DNA from: a virus
Lineage: Duplodnaviria > Caudoviricetes
IMG/VR virus record: IMGVR_UViG_3300037847_006237
Span: 1 to 58,778 of that record
DNA: 58,778 bases
Reading direction: 5' to 3' (one strand)
Shown piece after piece: positions 35,976 through 45,598 of this stretch. The position numbers were made by a program, and so were the translations under genes. Every line of letters starts with the position of its first letter. Within the stretch, counting starts at the first letter, position 1. The notes under the pieces were generated by a model, which ran no database searches, was not told where the DNA came from, and saw only the letters and a program-made list of their open reading frames with translations.

Positions 35976-36927
35976 AGTTGTTATTACGGGCGGTAGCGGT
36001 TTTCTTGGCAAGGCTGTAAATAAAGTATTAAAAAATAACCTTTTTTATGATGTCGTGTCTCTTGGTGGTAAAAGAGATTATGATTTAACAAATCAGAAAC
36101 AGGTTGATTACCTTTACAAAGAACATGAGCCGGATGCAATCGTACACCTAGCCGCTAGAGTTGGCGGAATTGGTGCAAACAAAAATAATCCGGGCTTGTT
36201 CATGTATGAGAACCTAGTTATGGGTATGAATCTCATAGAAACAGCCAGAAAGTATGGCAAGCTTCAAAAGTTTGTTATGGTTGGCACTGTTTGTGCGTAT
36301 CCCAAATTTACATCAGTGCCGTTTAAAGAGGATGATATTTGGAACGGTTATCCCGAAGAAACAAATGCGCCCTACGGAGTTGCTAAAAAGGCTTTGATGG
36401 AGATGTTAATCGCATACAACGCCCAGTATGATCTTAACTGCACAAACCTTATTCCTGTGAACATGTACGGACCTAATGATAATTTCGATCCCGCTATTAG
36501 TCACGTCATACCCGCAATTATATTAAAGATTGATAGAGCTATCACCAGTGGTGCTGAAAAGGTTAATTTATGGGGAACGGGAGAGGCTAGCAGAGAGTTT
36601 CTTTATGTGGACGATTGTGCGACAGCCATAAAAAGGGCGGTAGAAATAGACACAACGCCACATCCAATAAATATTGGAACAGGTCAGGAGTATACTATTT
36701 CCACACTGGCACATAAAATAGCCGATATGATGAACTTCAAAGGCGATATCGTCTTCAACTCCAACGGCATGGATGGTCAACCAAGAAGATGTTTGGACAC
36801 ATCCAGAGCAACCAAAGTGCTAGGATTTGAGGCTAAAACAGGATTAGATAGAGGGCTGCACGATACAGTAAGTTGGTACTATAAAAATAAGGATAAATTT
36901 GTTGATTACTTCCATCATATTCAGTAA
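35962..36927 (+). CDS. fcl: GDP-L-fucose synthase family epimerase/reductase
   Basis: TGGSGFLG, HLAARVGGIGAN, GTVCAYPK, PEETNAPYGVAKK, SHVIPA, WGTG..SREFLYVDD, DGQPRRCLD. Confidence 0.92.
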   Translation: MSKSKVVITGGSGFLGKAVNKVLKNNLFYDVVSLGGKRDYDLTNQKQVDYLYKEHEPDAIVHLAARVGGIGANKNNPGLFMYENLVMGMNLIETARKYGKLQKFVMVGTVCAYPKFTSVPFKEDDIWNGYPEETNAPYGVAKKALMEMLIAYNAQYDLNCTNLIPVNMYGPNDNFDPAISHVIPAIILKIDRAITSGAEKVNLWGTGEASREFLYVDDCATAIKRAVEIDTTPHPINIGTGQEYTISTLAHKIADMMNFKGDIVFNSNGMDGQPRRCLDTSRATKVLGFEAKTGLDRGLHDTVSWYYKNKDKFVDYFHHIQ

Positions 36928-37768
36928 AGATAGACCGCTTCAACTAGACCTTTGCCTGCAAAGCATTCATAAAAATTTACAATCTTCAACAAGGAATATT
37001 GTAATATATAAGTGTTCTAACGATAAATATAAAGAAGCATACAAGGAACTACAAACTACATATACAAATGTAGAATTTTGGCCTCAAGGAAAAAGTCTTT
37101 TGAGGGACATATACCATTCTATTTTAACCGAATCAGATAACGAATTCGTCTGTTTCTTTGTAGATGATTGTATCGTATACCAAAATGTAAACATCGACAA
37201 AGAAGAAATTACCAACATCTTTAATGACGGTGCTGTGTGTTGTATTTCTTTGAGGTTGGGCCTTAATGTAAACAAAAGAAGCCACAGAGGTATGTTTTTC
37301 CCAGACGAAATTGGCGCTCACGGACTTTATTCTAAAGGGTGGATCGGGTGTTCCAAGACGACTTCGTGGTACGGAAACTATTGGTCCTACTCTTTGTCTG
37401 TAGATGGTCACATATTTAGAAAAAACGATATGTATAAAATGGTAAATGAATTGATTCACGTTTCTAAACTTTATAATAATGATAAAGAATGGAAGAATAC
37501 GCCAAACACATTCGAGGCTCAATTACAAAGATTCTGGGCAATTACTCCAAATGTTATTATATGTCCAGAAATTAGCGCCGTTGTCAATAGCCCAAACAAC
37601 AAAACACAGAACAGCCACCCCAACCAACATGGCGAAGTTTATAGCTACGATCAGGATAGCCTTCTAGAGCTATTCCTGTATGGAAAAAGAATTGATTTTG
37701 AAAAACTGGAAATTAAAGATGTAGAATGTCCTCACAAAGAAATAGATATACTTAAAGGATTATCATGA
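36899..37768 (+). CDS. Putative GT-A glycosyltransferase
   Basis: IIFSKDRPLQL, FFVDD (DxD-like), SLRLG, SVDGHIFR, PNTFE; TTG start. Confidence 0.55.
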   Translation: MLITSIIFSKDRPLQLDLCLQSIHKNLQSSTRNIVIYKCSNDKYKEAYKELQTTYTNVEFWPQGKSLLRDIYHSILTESDNEFVCFFVDDCIVYQNVNIDKEEITNIFNDGAVCCISLRLGLNVNKRSHRGMFFPDEIGAHGLYSKGWIGCSKTTSWYGNYWSYSLSVDGHIFRKNDMYKMVNELIHVSKLYNNDKEWKNTPNTFEAQLQRFWAITPNVIICPEISAVVNSPNNKTQNSHPNQHGEVYSYDQDSLLELFLYGKRIDFEKLEIKDVECPHKEIDILKGLS

Positions 37769-38520
37769 ACATATACCAACAGTATACTGAGTGTATTGAA
37801 GAAAACTTAAAATTAAAACCTAAAGATTGGTTTTTTAAATCTGACCCTAGATACAACTATGTTTTAGAACATGTGTCTAAAAATCAAGGAGAGCAGTACC
37901 TAGATCTGGTTATAGACGAGTTTCCAAAATTCTTTTCTAATCATAAAGATTTAATTATTGAACTTTGTGAAAAAAACGACACATTTGGAAAAACAAAAGG
38001 TGAAGAGTTCTATAGGCTTGTTTGCGGGCCTTTAAAGTTTTCCCCTACAAACATGAGATATCTTTATCAGTCTCTTTTGATATTAGATAAAATCCAAAAG
38101 TTTGGACTTAAAGAAATAGACATTCTAGAAATAGGAGGTGGATACGGAGGCTTGTGTCTATTCCTAATGGAGATATCTAAAGCTCTTGAGAACGTTAAGA
38201 TCAAGTCCTACGCGATAACTGACCTATGGCAAGCCAAATCCTTGCAGAACTTATATCTAGAAGCGCATGGAATAAGGCTAGCCCAAATATATTACAAAAA
38301 TTCTTTTTTGATAAGCAACTATGCGTTCAGCGAACTTCCGCCCACAATCAGGAATAATTACGAAACCCACGTTATAAACCCTTACTGTAGTCATGGTTTT
38401 CTGGCTTGGAACGGATGTGATTTTTACGAGTTTGTAAAAAGCAAGTCCATCTCAAGAGAAAAAGAAAGACCAGAAACCCACCCAAGAAACGAATACGTAA
38501 CATTTGAGCCTAAGAGATGA
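37765..38520 (+). CDS. Putative sugar O-methyltransferase
   Basis: SPTNMRY, ILEIGGGYGG (SAM-binding motif I), LISNYAFSELP. Confidence 0.75.
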   Translation: MNIYQQYTECIEENLKLKPKDWFFKSDPRYNYVLEHVSKNQGEQYLDLVIDEFPKFFSNHKDLIIELCEKNDTFGKTKGEEFYRLVCGPLKFSPTNMRYLYQSLLILDKIQKFGLKEIDILEIGGGYGGLCLFLMEISKALENVKIKSYAITDLWQAKSLQNLYLEAHGIRLAQIYYKNSFLISNYAFSELPPTIRNNYETHVINPYCSHGFLAWNGCDFYEFVKSKSISREKERPETHPRNEYVTFEPKR

Positions 38521-39377
38521 AATATTTAATACTTGCAAAGAAAACAAACGAAGGGGTTCCCGGAGACGATTCTGGAGATATTCAAAAATACTTTGAACTG
38601 GGATGGGAATCTGTAGGAAGTAGGTTTGATTTTATAGCTATGTTCAACAAAGGGGAAGCAAACGCTGAAAATCTTACCATAGTAACACTAGAAGATAGAA
38701 TGTTTATGTATACGAAATTCTACGACAATGTTATTTCGTATAAACAATTTCTTGAGATGAACATTCCTAAAGAAGACATTCTAGCAGACTGGCCCGCAAA
38801 CCACCTGTGTTTTAAATTTGTAAAGCATCCACATCAATACTTTAGCTTTGTGGATCAGGAGACTGGTAAATATTCTAGACATAAGCAAGATGGAGAATTA
38901 ATATTTAACGGATTTGATTTAGAAGGAACAATAGATCCTAGTGAAGAATTTATAACGATCTGTATGCGTCATAGAGATTGGTGCGAGGACAGAAATAGCG
39001 ACGTTTCTTTTTATCAAAAAATAGTTGACAAATTGAAAGACGATTATCCTATCTATGTTGCAGGTAGGGGCAATGAAGAATTTTGCGAAAAAAATAACAT
39101 AGAGTATGTAGCTAGGCTAAAGGATTATGTATCCTTAATAAAAAATAAAAAATGCAAATCTTTGATAACGCAGTCCACAGGACTTGCTGTGCTAGCTTTG
39201 ACCTGCGCAGAGACCGATATACATTTTGTAGACCATGCCGGTGTTTCAAACTTGGCGGGAGATAACGCTATTTCTGGAGGAAAACCGTGTCATTTCTACA
39301 AAGGATCGCTAATACCATACTATAACTTAAAAGAATCAACCTCTAACTTTATTATCGAAAAGGTAAAAAATGGCTGA
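38517..39377 (+). CDS. Hypothetical protein, possible GT-B glycosyltransferase
   Basis: FITICMRHRDW..DRN...IYVAG resembles the donor-binding strand of GT9/fucosyltransferase-like folds; context supports this. Confidence 0.35.
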   Translation: MKYLILAKKTNEGVPGDDSGDIQKYFELGWESVGSRFDFIAMFNKGEANAENLTIVTLEDRMFMYTKFYDNVISYKQFLEMNIPKEDILADWPANHLCFKFVKHPHQYFSFVDQETGKYSRHKQDGELIFNGFDLEGTIDPSEEFITICMRHRDWCEDRNSDVSFYQKIVDKLKDDYPIYVAGRGNEEFCEKNNIEYVARLKDYVSLIKNKKCKSLITQSTGLAVLALTCAETDIHFVDHAGVSNLAGDNAISGGKPCHFYKGSLIPYYNLKESTSNFIIEKVKNG

Positions 39378-39675
39378 TACATTTGGCGGGCTAATAGATA
39401 AGCTAATAACAGTAGACATGAAGATGTGGAACAATCAAGAGTTTCTTTACGAGGTTCGTAGAATTCCCTTTGAAGAATTTCAAGAGAAATATACTGAGTC
39501 AGAAGATAAACAAAAGGCTCTTTTTGACTCTATTAAGAAGTGCTGCGACCTCAACTACCAAAGAAATCAACTGATTGATGAAATAGATGAGCTTCTTGCA
39601 TCCTTACTTGTTGACACAGCAACAGGAGAATTGGATTATGAAAAAATTATCCAAAGAAAACATAAAACTTATTGA
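39370..39675 (+). CDS. Small helical protein (DUF4254/DUF6165-like)
   Basis: TFGGLIDKL...MW...LN.QRN.LIDEID. Confidence 0.55.
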   Translation: MADTFGGLIDKLITVDMKMWNNQEFLYEVRRIPFEEFQEKYTESEDKQKALFDSIKKCCDLNYQRNQLIDEIDELLASLLVDTATGELDYEKIIQRKHKTY

Positions 39676-40072
39676 GATAAACGAATCTAACACAAAACTC
39701 ATCCACAAGTTTCTATTAGGATGTAACAAATCTCTAAAGAGCTTTAGATATTTTGAAAAAAGAAACATAGAACAAGCAATAAAGCTACATGAGTACACTG
39801 TGATTATGGCATACAAAGACAGCCTCATTGGATATGGACACTTAGATAGAGATTGTTATCATACTTGGCTTGGCATTTGTATTGCTGATATTTGGACAGG
39901 ATTGGGGGCTGGTGATATTTTAATGGAATCGCTCACAAGCAAATTTCCTAAGCGTCGTATATCTCTAACGGTAGACGTAGAAAATGAAGCAGCAATAAAT
40001 CTCTACAAAAAATACGGATTTGAAACTATGAAAAACGTTACAAAAGATGTAATACTAATGGAGAGAAAATGA
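39638..40072 (+). CDS. GNAT acetyltransferase
   Basis: IGYGHL, WLGICI...GLGAG, LTVD.EN..AINLYKKYGF. Confidence 0.85.
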   Translation: MKKLSKENIKLIEINESNTKLIHKFLLGCNKSLKSFRYFEKRNIEQAIKLHEYTVIMAYKDSLIGYGHLDRDCYHTWLGICIADIWTGLGAGDILMESLTSKFPKRRISLTVDVENEAAINLYKKYGFETMKNVTKDVILMERK

Positions 40073-41130
40073 TACCCGTCTACAAACCCTACATACCAAA
40101 TAAATCCATAGAATACGCCACAGAAGCGATACAGAGCGGCTGGGTGTCATCTATCGGAGAATACATAGAAAGGGCCACAGAAAGACTTAAAGGTATCACA
40201 GGTGTCAAGTACGCTGTACTAGTAAACAATGGAACTTCCGCAACCCATCTATGTGCTAGGGTTCTTAAAGAATGGCATCCTGAAACCAAAAGAGTGTTTC
40301 TGCCAAGCGCTTGTTATGTTGCCGCATATAACTCATTATTGTACGACGACAATGAGTGGGTACTACAGCCGATAGATTTAGATATTGATACTTGGAATAT
40401 GAGTATTCCAGAATACGAAGAGGGTGACGCTATTATGGCTGTTCATAATCTGGGCAACGTTATGCCGCTAAGTGGTGTTGAATGTCCAGTTATAGAAGAT
40501 TCATGCGAAACACTTCTTGGAAAATCTAAACAGGGCCATTCTCTTTGTTCTTCTCTGTCTTTTTTCGGCAATAAAAACATGACTAGCGGGGAAGGTGGTG
40601 CAGTTCTAACAGACGATGAAGATATATTTAGATATGTATATAAACTGAAAGGTCAAGGCCAGACACAAACAAGATACATACATGACCAACTAGGATATAA
40701 TTATAGGATGACCAATGTTCAGGCGGCACTACTCCTTGGTCAGCTTGAAGAATTAGAAATAATACAGGCATATAAAAAATCTCTGTTCATAAAGTATAAC
40801 AATCGCTTTAAAGACAACTCAAATATAATCCCTCAAAAGACAACATATGACCATTCTAATTGGATGTATGCTGTTAGGATTTTAGGATCTAAGTCGTATG
40901 AAGAAAACAAAATGTTTCTTGATTCTCGCGGAATAGACACGCGACCCATGTTCTACTCATTTAAGCATCATAAACATTTATACTTTTTACATAACATGGG
41001 CGGAAGGACAGTAGCAAACGCAGAAAAGCTACATAAAGAGATAGTAATGTTGCCATCTTATCCACAATTAACAGAAATAGAAATAAACCATATAACCGAT
41101 TCAGTAAAGGAGCTAGCAGAAACAAAATGA
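40069..41130 (+). CDS. DegT/DnrJ PLP-dependent sugar aminotransferase (perosamine synthase-like)
   Basis: GWVSS.G.Y, NGTSA.HL, IEDSCE, SFFGNKNMTSGEGG, GYNYRMTNVQAA, IDTRPMF, LPSYP. Confidence 0.9.
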   Translation: MIPVYKPYIPNKSIEYATEAIQSGWVSSIGEYIERATERLKGITGVKYAVLVNNGTSATHLCARVLKEWHPETKRVFLPSACYVAAYNSLLYDDNEWVLQPIDLDIDTWNMSIPEYEEGDAIMAVHNLGNVMPLSGVECPVIEDSCETLLGKSKQGHSLCSSLSFFGNKNMTSGEGGAVLTDDEDIFRYVYKLKGQGQTQTRYIHDQLGYNYRMTNVQAALLLGQLEELEIIQAYKKSLFIKYNNRFKDNSNIIPQKTTYDHSNWMYAVRILGSKSYEENKMFLDSRGIDTRPMFYSFKHHKHLYFLHNMGGRTVANAEKLHKEIVMLPSYPQLTEIEINHITDSVKELAETK

Positions 41131-41585
41131 ATATAGCCGCAATAGTAAAGAATCTAGGGCCGTCTCAATGTAATTTCTTCTTAACAAAAGAATTCAACAA
41201 ACTTTCAGAAAAGTCTGAAAACTCATGCACCGTTTTTGTAAACGATCCAACGGTTCCAGTTTTAGATCCAAGTTTCTCATGTCCAGTTGTTGCATTTCTG
41301 CCACACTTCAAGGGAGCTTGCATATCTACAGACATATACACAACACAACAAATGTTGAAAAACTCTAGCATAACAAATAAATTCTTTTATGTTTGGGACA
41401 TGGAGTGGATAATAAAAAGAATGGACTATAACAGCACTGTAGAACTTATGCGTAATGAAAGCTTAAAAATTATAGCCAGAAGCAAATCTCATGCCGAAGT
41501 AATATCAAACTTTTGCAATAAACAAGTTTGTGGGGTGGTGGACAACTGGGAATCTTCAAAACTTTTAGAATTAACGAGAAAATAA
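41127..41585 (+). CDS. Hypothetical protein, resembles a lone GT-B N-terminal half
   Basis: ISTD..T, KFFYVWD.EW, IIARS..HA; no C-terminal donor domain. Confidence 0.4.
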   Translation: MNIAAIVKNLGPSQCNFFLTKEFNKLSEKSENSCTVFVNDPTVPVLDPSFSCPVVAFLPHFKGACISTDIYTTQQMLKNSSITNKFFYVWDMEWIIKRMDYNSTVELMRNESLKIIARSKSHAEVISNFCNKQVCGVVDNWESSKLLELTRK

Positions 41586-41586
41586 A

Positions 41587-42357
41587 ATGTCAATAAACGA
41601 AGACTATGTAGTAAAGCAATATGAAAATAATCATAGCACATACTCTATTGCTAAAGAGCTAGGAACCTATCCTAAAAAAATAGAAAGGATTCTTAAAAAG
41701 AAAGGTGTAGAAAGAAGGAGTAGATCAGAAGCCCAAAGAGCGGCTATCGAAACAGGAAGAACAGAACATCCCACAAAGGGAAGAAAAAGAACCGAAGAAG
41801 AAAAAGTAAAGATAAGCGAAGGGGTGTATCGAAACTGGAAAGAAATGCCAGAAGACCAGAAGGCAGAAATATCAAAAAGGGCCAAAGAAAGGTGGGACGA
41901 TATTCCCGCAGATAAAAGACGAGAAATGATGGAAAAGGCTGGACAAGCCCTAAACAAAACATGCTCGGAAGGATCTAAGGCAGAAAGATATATCTACGAC
42001 AGGCTTCAAGAAAAAGGAGTAGATGTCGCAATGCACAAGAAAAATTTAATTCAAGGTAAATTTGAAATTGACTTGTTTTTACCATCTTTAAAGACTATAA
42101 TAGAGATAGATGGGCCACAACACTTCATGCCACTATTTGGAGAGAAAAAACTTAGAGACACTATTAAGCTTGACTCAATTAAAAGCGGTGCGCTTTTGTC
42201 TAAAGGTTACTGCGTTATCAGAGTAAAGTATATGTTAAAAAGACTATCACAGAAATCCGCAAGAGACTTGTGGGATATGATAGAAAAGGAAATTGATAAG
42301 ATTCAGAGCCGGTTTCCGGCTAAGAAGGACAGATTTATAGAATTGGAGATAAAATGA
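41587..42357 (+). CDS. HTH + NUMOD3-like + DUF559/Vsr-type endonuclease (homing-endonuclease-like)
   Basis: STYSIAKELG (HTH), KGRKRTEEEKVKISE (NUMOD3-like), EIDLFLP...IEIDGPQH. Confidence 0.7.
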   Translation: MSINEDYVVKQYENNHSTYSIAKELGTYPKKIERILKKKGVERRSRSEAQRAAIETGRTEHPTKGRKRTEEEKVKISEGVYRNWKEMPEDQKAEISKRAKERWDDIPADKRREMMEKAGQALNKTCSEGSKAERYIYDRLQEKGVDVAMHKKNLIQGKFEIDLFLPSLKTIIEIDGPQHFMPLFGEKKLRDTIKLDSIKSGALLSKGYCVIRVKYMLKRLSQKSARDLWDMIEKEIDKIQSRFPAKKDRFIELEIK

Positions 42358-43115
42358 CTTTAAGTACAGACCTATTTGACAAAGAAGATATTGAAAACAA
42401 AATGGACGATGTAGAAGAAGTAAAAGAAGATACACCGGCATATGGATCTGCTGAATGGCACGATTATGTTATGTCTCTATTCGATAAAACAGAAATGTAT
42501 AATGGTAATCCTCTTACTACAGGACTAAGGAGGGTAGCAGAAGAACTGCTAGGAGATATATTGGTAAGTAGACCAGTACAAGTAATCGCTTCTGACGATC
42601 CGAACGGACCGGGCCGAGCTACTGTTTCTTTTGAGGTTGTAATTGACTGGATGAATTCTGGTCAGCTTAGAACCTACGGAGACGTAGCAGACTGCTGGCA
42701 TGGTAACTCAGACGATCTATTTTGCGCCCATCCTGCTGCAACGGCCAGCACCAAGGCAGAAGGTAGATGTCTAAGAAAGGCTCTTAAAGTGCGCTGTGTG
42801 GCAGCAGAAGAGATCCCAAGAAACAAGGATGTTGTAGCTATCGTGAGGCAGTCTATCGCCTCTAAGCCCACTACAGGAGAGTGGAAATCAGAAGATCCGA
42901 TCAGCGATGCTCAGATTAATTTTATTGATGTAAAATGTAAAGATGTAGACGTAGATGTTTTAAAATTCATTAATCATGGTAAAGAAAGTTATGACTCTAT
43001 CGCCAAAGTGTCTAAGAGTAAAGCCTCTCTTATGATTAAAGTATTAAACGAATATCAAAACCAAAGTAAAGAAATTCCTGCAAACGTTGTGGGATATCAA
43101 ACCAACTGGAGATAA
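42354..43115 (+). CDS. Rad52/Sak-like single-strand annealing protein
   Basis: GLRRVAE, ATASTKAEGRCLRKAL, C-terminal ISDAQINFI..SKSKAS..I. Confidence 0.55.
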   Translation: MTLSTDLFDKEDIENKMDDVEEVKEDTPAYGSAEWHDYVMSLFDKTEMYNGNPLTTGLRRVAEELLGDILVSRPVQVIASDDPNGPGRATVSFEVVIDWMNSGQLRTYGDVADCWHGNSDDLFCAHPAATASTKAEGRCLRKALKVRCVAAEEIPRNKDVVAIVRQSIASKPTTGEWKSEDPISDAQINFIDVKCKDVDVDVLKFINHGKESYDSIAKVSKSKASLMIKVLNEYQNQSKEIPANVVGYQTNWR

Positions 43116-43119
43116 AAAA

Positions 43120-43449
43120 ATGGAAGTAACTAAAAAAATAGGAAGTCTTACAATCACCTTTCCTGCGGAAACAGATAAGGCTATTGTAGAGAGGCTATCG
43201 ACACTAGAAGAGGTTTTTGGTCACACTAAATGCGGAAAGTGTGGTAGCGAGAATCTAAAATTCAACGTTCGTGAGAACGGTGGCAATAAGTATTATGAAC
43301 TTATTTGTCAAGACTGTGGCGCTAGATTGGCGTTTGGCGTTCACAAGGTGGGCGGAGGACTCTTTCCCAAGAGGAAAGATAGCGAAGGAAACTGGCTTCC
43401 AGACAAGGGCTGGACAAAGTGGAATAAAGAAACTGGCAAGCTTGAATAA
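43120..43449 (+). CDS. Zinc-ribbon protein
   Basis: CGKC...CQDC; GGAG RBS; aromatic C-terminus. Confidence 0.6.
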   Translation: MEVTKKIGSLTITFPAETDKAIVERLSTLEEVFGHTKCGKCGSENLKFNVRENGGNKYYELICQDCGARLAFGVHKVGGGLFPKRKDSEGNWLPDKGWTKWNKETGKLE

Positions 43450-43469
43450 AGCAATTGCCCAGTTAATAC

Positions 43470-43505
43470 GAAAACCCCGCTACTATTGTAACGGGGTTTT
43501 CTTTT
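43470..43505. terminator. Convergent (likely bidirectional) Rho-independent terminator
   Basis: GAAAACCCCG (43470-43479) pairs with CGGGGTTTTC (43492-43501), followed by TTTT; it lies at the strand switch. Confidence 0.85.
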
Positions 43506-43538
43506 GCTATATGAAATAACAAACTAGGCAGAAAGAAC

Positions 43539-44522
43539 TTATAGATACTCTAAGGATACATATATCCCGTACTGTTCTTTTGAGCCTAAAGACAATGGAC
43601 TTGCAGAAAGGGCGACACACCAAGTATGATGTGTATGTAGTCCTGTTCCGCCGTAGGTATTACCTATGTTAGCCGCAGCATGTCCGTTACCAAAGTCATT
43701 GGCAGCACCCACCAAAGCTGTTTGCTTTGTTGAGTCAACATACTGAGTCCACTTGGGCCACATCATTCCAGGCGTTACTCCAGCGCCAGTAGTATTATCT
43801 GTCACTTCTGCCAAACCCATTTGACCACTACCCGGAGAATCTAGCAGGGGAACAATAATACCAGAACCGCCTACGCTGAGATCGTTGTCTGTAATCGCAG
43901 CATCGCTTAGTCGCTCATCGCCATTAACAACAGCGTCTGTGTCTAGACCGTTGTAGAATTGAGTTCCTAAGCTGTTTTGATAGTAATTCTGAGCTATACA
44001 CATTTCGCTGGGCCACTCTTCGCCCCACCAAAAGATGTCGCCGCTTCCCATCGCATCAGAAGCTATACCCTGACTACCTTGGGTATTGTAGGCAGAACCA
44101 TTAAAGTTTACTATTTCAGCGGCCTTGGTGTTAACGCCACTCGCTGGATAATTAATGTTAGTCCTGTCGTAAACTCTAAGTTGGCAGTTTTGGGTCTTTA
44201 CTGCGGTGGTATGGCTAAACTGAACCCCCACAGAGCATTCCATGCTCTTTATCCCACTCAGCCCTACCGTGTAGGCAGTACCAGTAGAGTTGGTTGTACA
44301 CATACCACTAGGGTATACATTATCAACAAACTTGGTGTTGTTAGCCTGCCCTTTTATGGTACTAGCGTCACCATTTGATATAAATGTAGAGTCTTGATAA
44401 TCTGATATCTGAACCGAAGACCCCTGAGTCGGTCCAAAAAACGCAACACCAGACCCATGTAGCGAAGGCTCGTTTGCCTGCATGTTTGCCTGATATTTAA
44501 TTTGAAAGTCAATTGTAGCCAT
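43539..44522 (-). CDS. Putative virion structural protein
   Basis: G/S/T/N-rich 327-aa ORF with AAAGGAG RBS; last gene of the structural arm. Confidence 0.5.
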   Translation of the reverse strand: MATIDFQIKYQANMQANEPSLHGSGVAFFGPTQGSSVQISDYQDSTFISNGDASTIKGQANNTKFVDNVYPSGMCTTNSTGTAYTVGLSGIKSMECSVGVQFSHTTAVKTQNCQLRVYDRTNINYPASGVNTKAAEIVNFNGSAYNTQGSQGIASDAMGSGDIFWWGEEWPSEMCIAQNYYQNSLGTQFYNGLDTDAVVNGDERLSDAAITDNDLSVGGSGIIVPLLDSPGSGQMGLAEVTDNTTGAGVTPGMMWPKWTQYVDSTKQTALVGAANDFGNGHAAANIGNTYGGTGLHTHHTWCVALSASPLSLGSKEQYGIYVSLEYL

Positions 44523-44557
44523 GAGTTCTCCTTTGTTTAGTATAAATACACATTTTA

Positions 44558-45598
44558 TTAATTTGTGCGACTATTATTGTTCCATTTTTTAAAATCTAAG
44601 GATATATCCTGAATTATTTCACTTTCCTGCTTAGAGGGTATGTCATACCAATCTCCAAATATACAATGAGAGCTTGAATCCTCTATATGACATCCTAAGT
44701 ATCTTGAAAAATCTTTATTCGCTGCCCGAATCCATTTTGGACCGTTGAAGATATGAGAAGATCTTACCCAGAAAAACCCTCCCCAAAAACTCCAACGATA
44801 CTTGTTATCTGAGACATTCTTAAAAGAACCCACGCAGGAGCTTCCGCGCCTCATGGCCCATTCTGCTTCTTGCCAGTTATGAAAAACTGTATCGTATAAA
44901 ACCCCAGTTAAAAGATTGTTTAATTCTACGTTTTCACTAATCTTGTTAGTATTTGCAAAACATATTACATCTTTAGCAGAGCATTTTTGAAACTCGGAAA
45001 AAAGAGTGCATATAGTTCCACTCTTTACAATCTTATCAAACCTTTGTTGTATTTGAGGTAGATATTTGTCTCTTAGCTTTTTTTCTGGAACGTCAAAATA
45101 ACAAACCTTTTTTCCATTGAAAGTTTGTATTTCTCTGTCTATTCTATCTAAGTGATAAAGTATAGCATTTTCAGTATCGCATGAGAAGTAAAAAGACAAA
45201 TTACGTATAGACTCTTTTCCAATTGCAAACTTTCCACTAGCTGTATTTGTTTTTTGCATACATTGTTTACATCTATTTGTTTTTTCGTCCACGGGAGCAA
45301 CTCTACCACACCCCGCGCACTCTACAGATATAGCTTTCCATTTTCCAACTGGGCAAGCTAAAGACTTTCTTTTTATGCCACTTAGTATTGACGCTCTATA
45401 ATCATTGCTTTTTTCAGATATTTTTTCACATGTGCCGCTTTTGTTGTGTTTACAAACCGAACAAATCTTCATCCTTTCATTTATATATCTATTCTTTGAA
45501 GAAGCAGTACTTCTAGATTGACCAACAACAGGAAGGGAAGTGTTTCCTTTCTTATTGTTATTATTATTGTTATTACGCTTGTTACCACAACAACCCAT
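44558..45598 (-). CDS. Cys-rich N-terminus + putative glycosyltransferase-like domain
   Basis: MGCCG, CSVC, CPVGKW, CAGC; C-terminal CVGSF..FWGGFFWVR. Confidence 0.4.
   Translation of the reverse strand: MGCCGNKRNNNNNNNKKGNTSLPVVGQSRSTASSKNRYINERMKICSVCKHNKSGTCEKISEKSNDYRASILSGIKRKSLACPVGKWKAISVECAGCGRVAPVDEKTNRCKQCMQKTNTASGKFAIGKESIRNLSFYFSCDTENAILYHLDRIDREIQTFNGKKVCYFDVPEKKLRDKYLPQIQQRFDKIVKSGTICTLFSEFQKCSAKDVICFANTNKISENVELNNLLTGVLYDTVFHNWQEAEWAMRRGSSCVGSFKNVSDNKYRWSFWGGFFWVRSSHIFNGPKWIRAANKDFSRYLGCHIEDSSSHCIFGDWYDIPSKQESEIIQDISLDFKKWNNNSRTN

Noticed and set aside
28477-41585. Bacterial chromosomal O-antigen/capsule locus (window of cellular origin)
   Set aside because: No wzx, wzy, wzz or ABC exporter, and the cluster is embedded among phage-type replication and tail genes.
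44541-44548. T4-type late promoter TATAAATA
   Set aside because: It is on the + strand, antisense to the surrounding genes, and a single occurrence in AT-rich DNA is not enough support.
45553-45575. Poly-Asn (AAT/AAC) microsatellite as a phase-variation switch
   Set aside because: It is a mixed-codon triplet repeat, so slippage would not change the reading frame.
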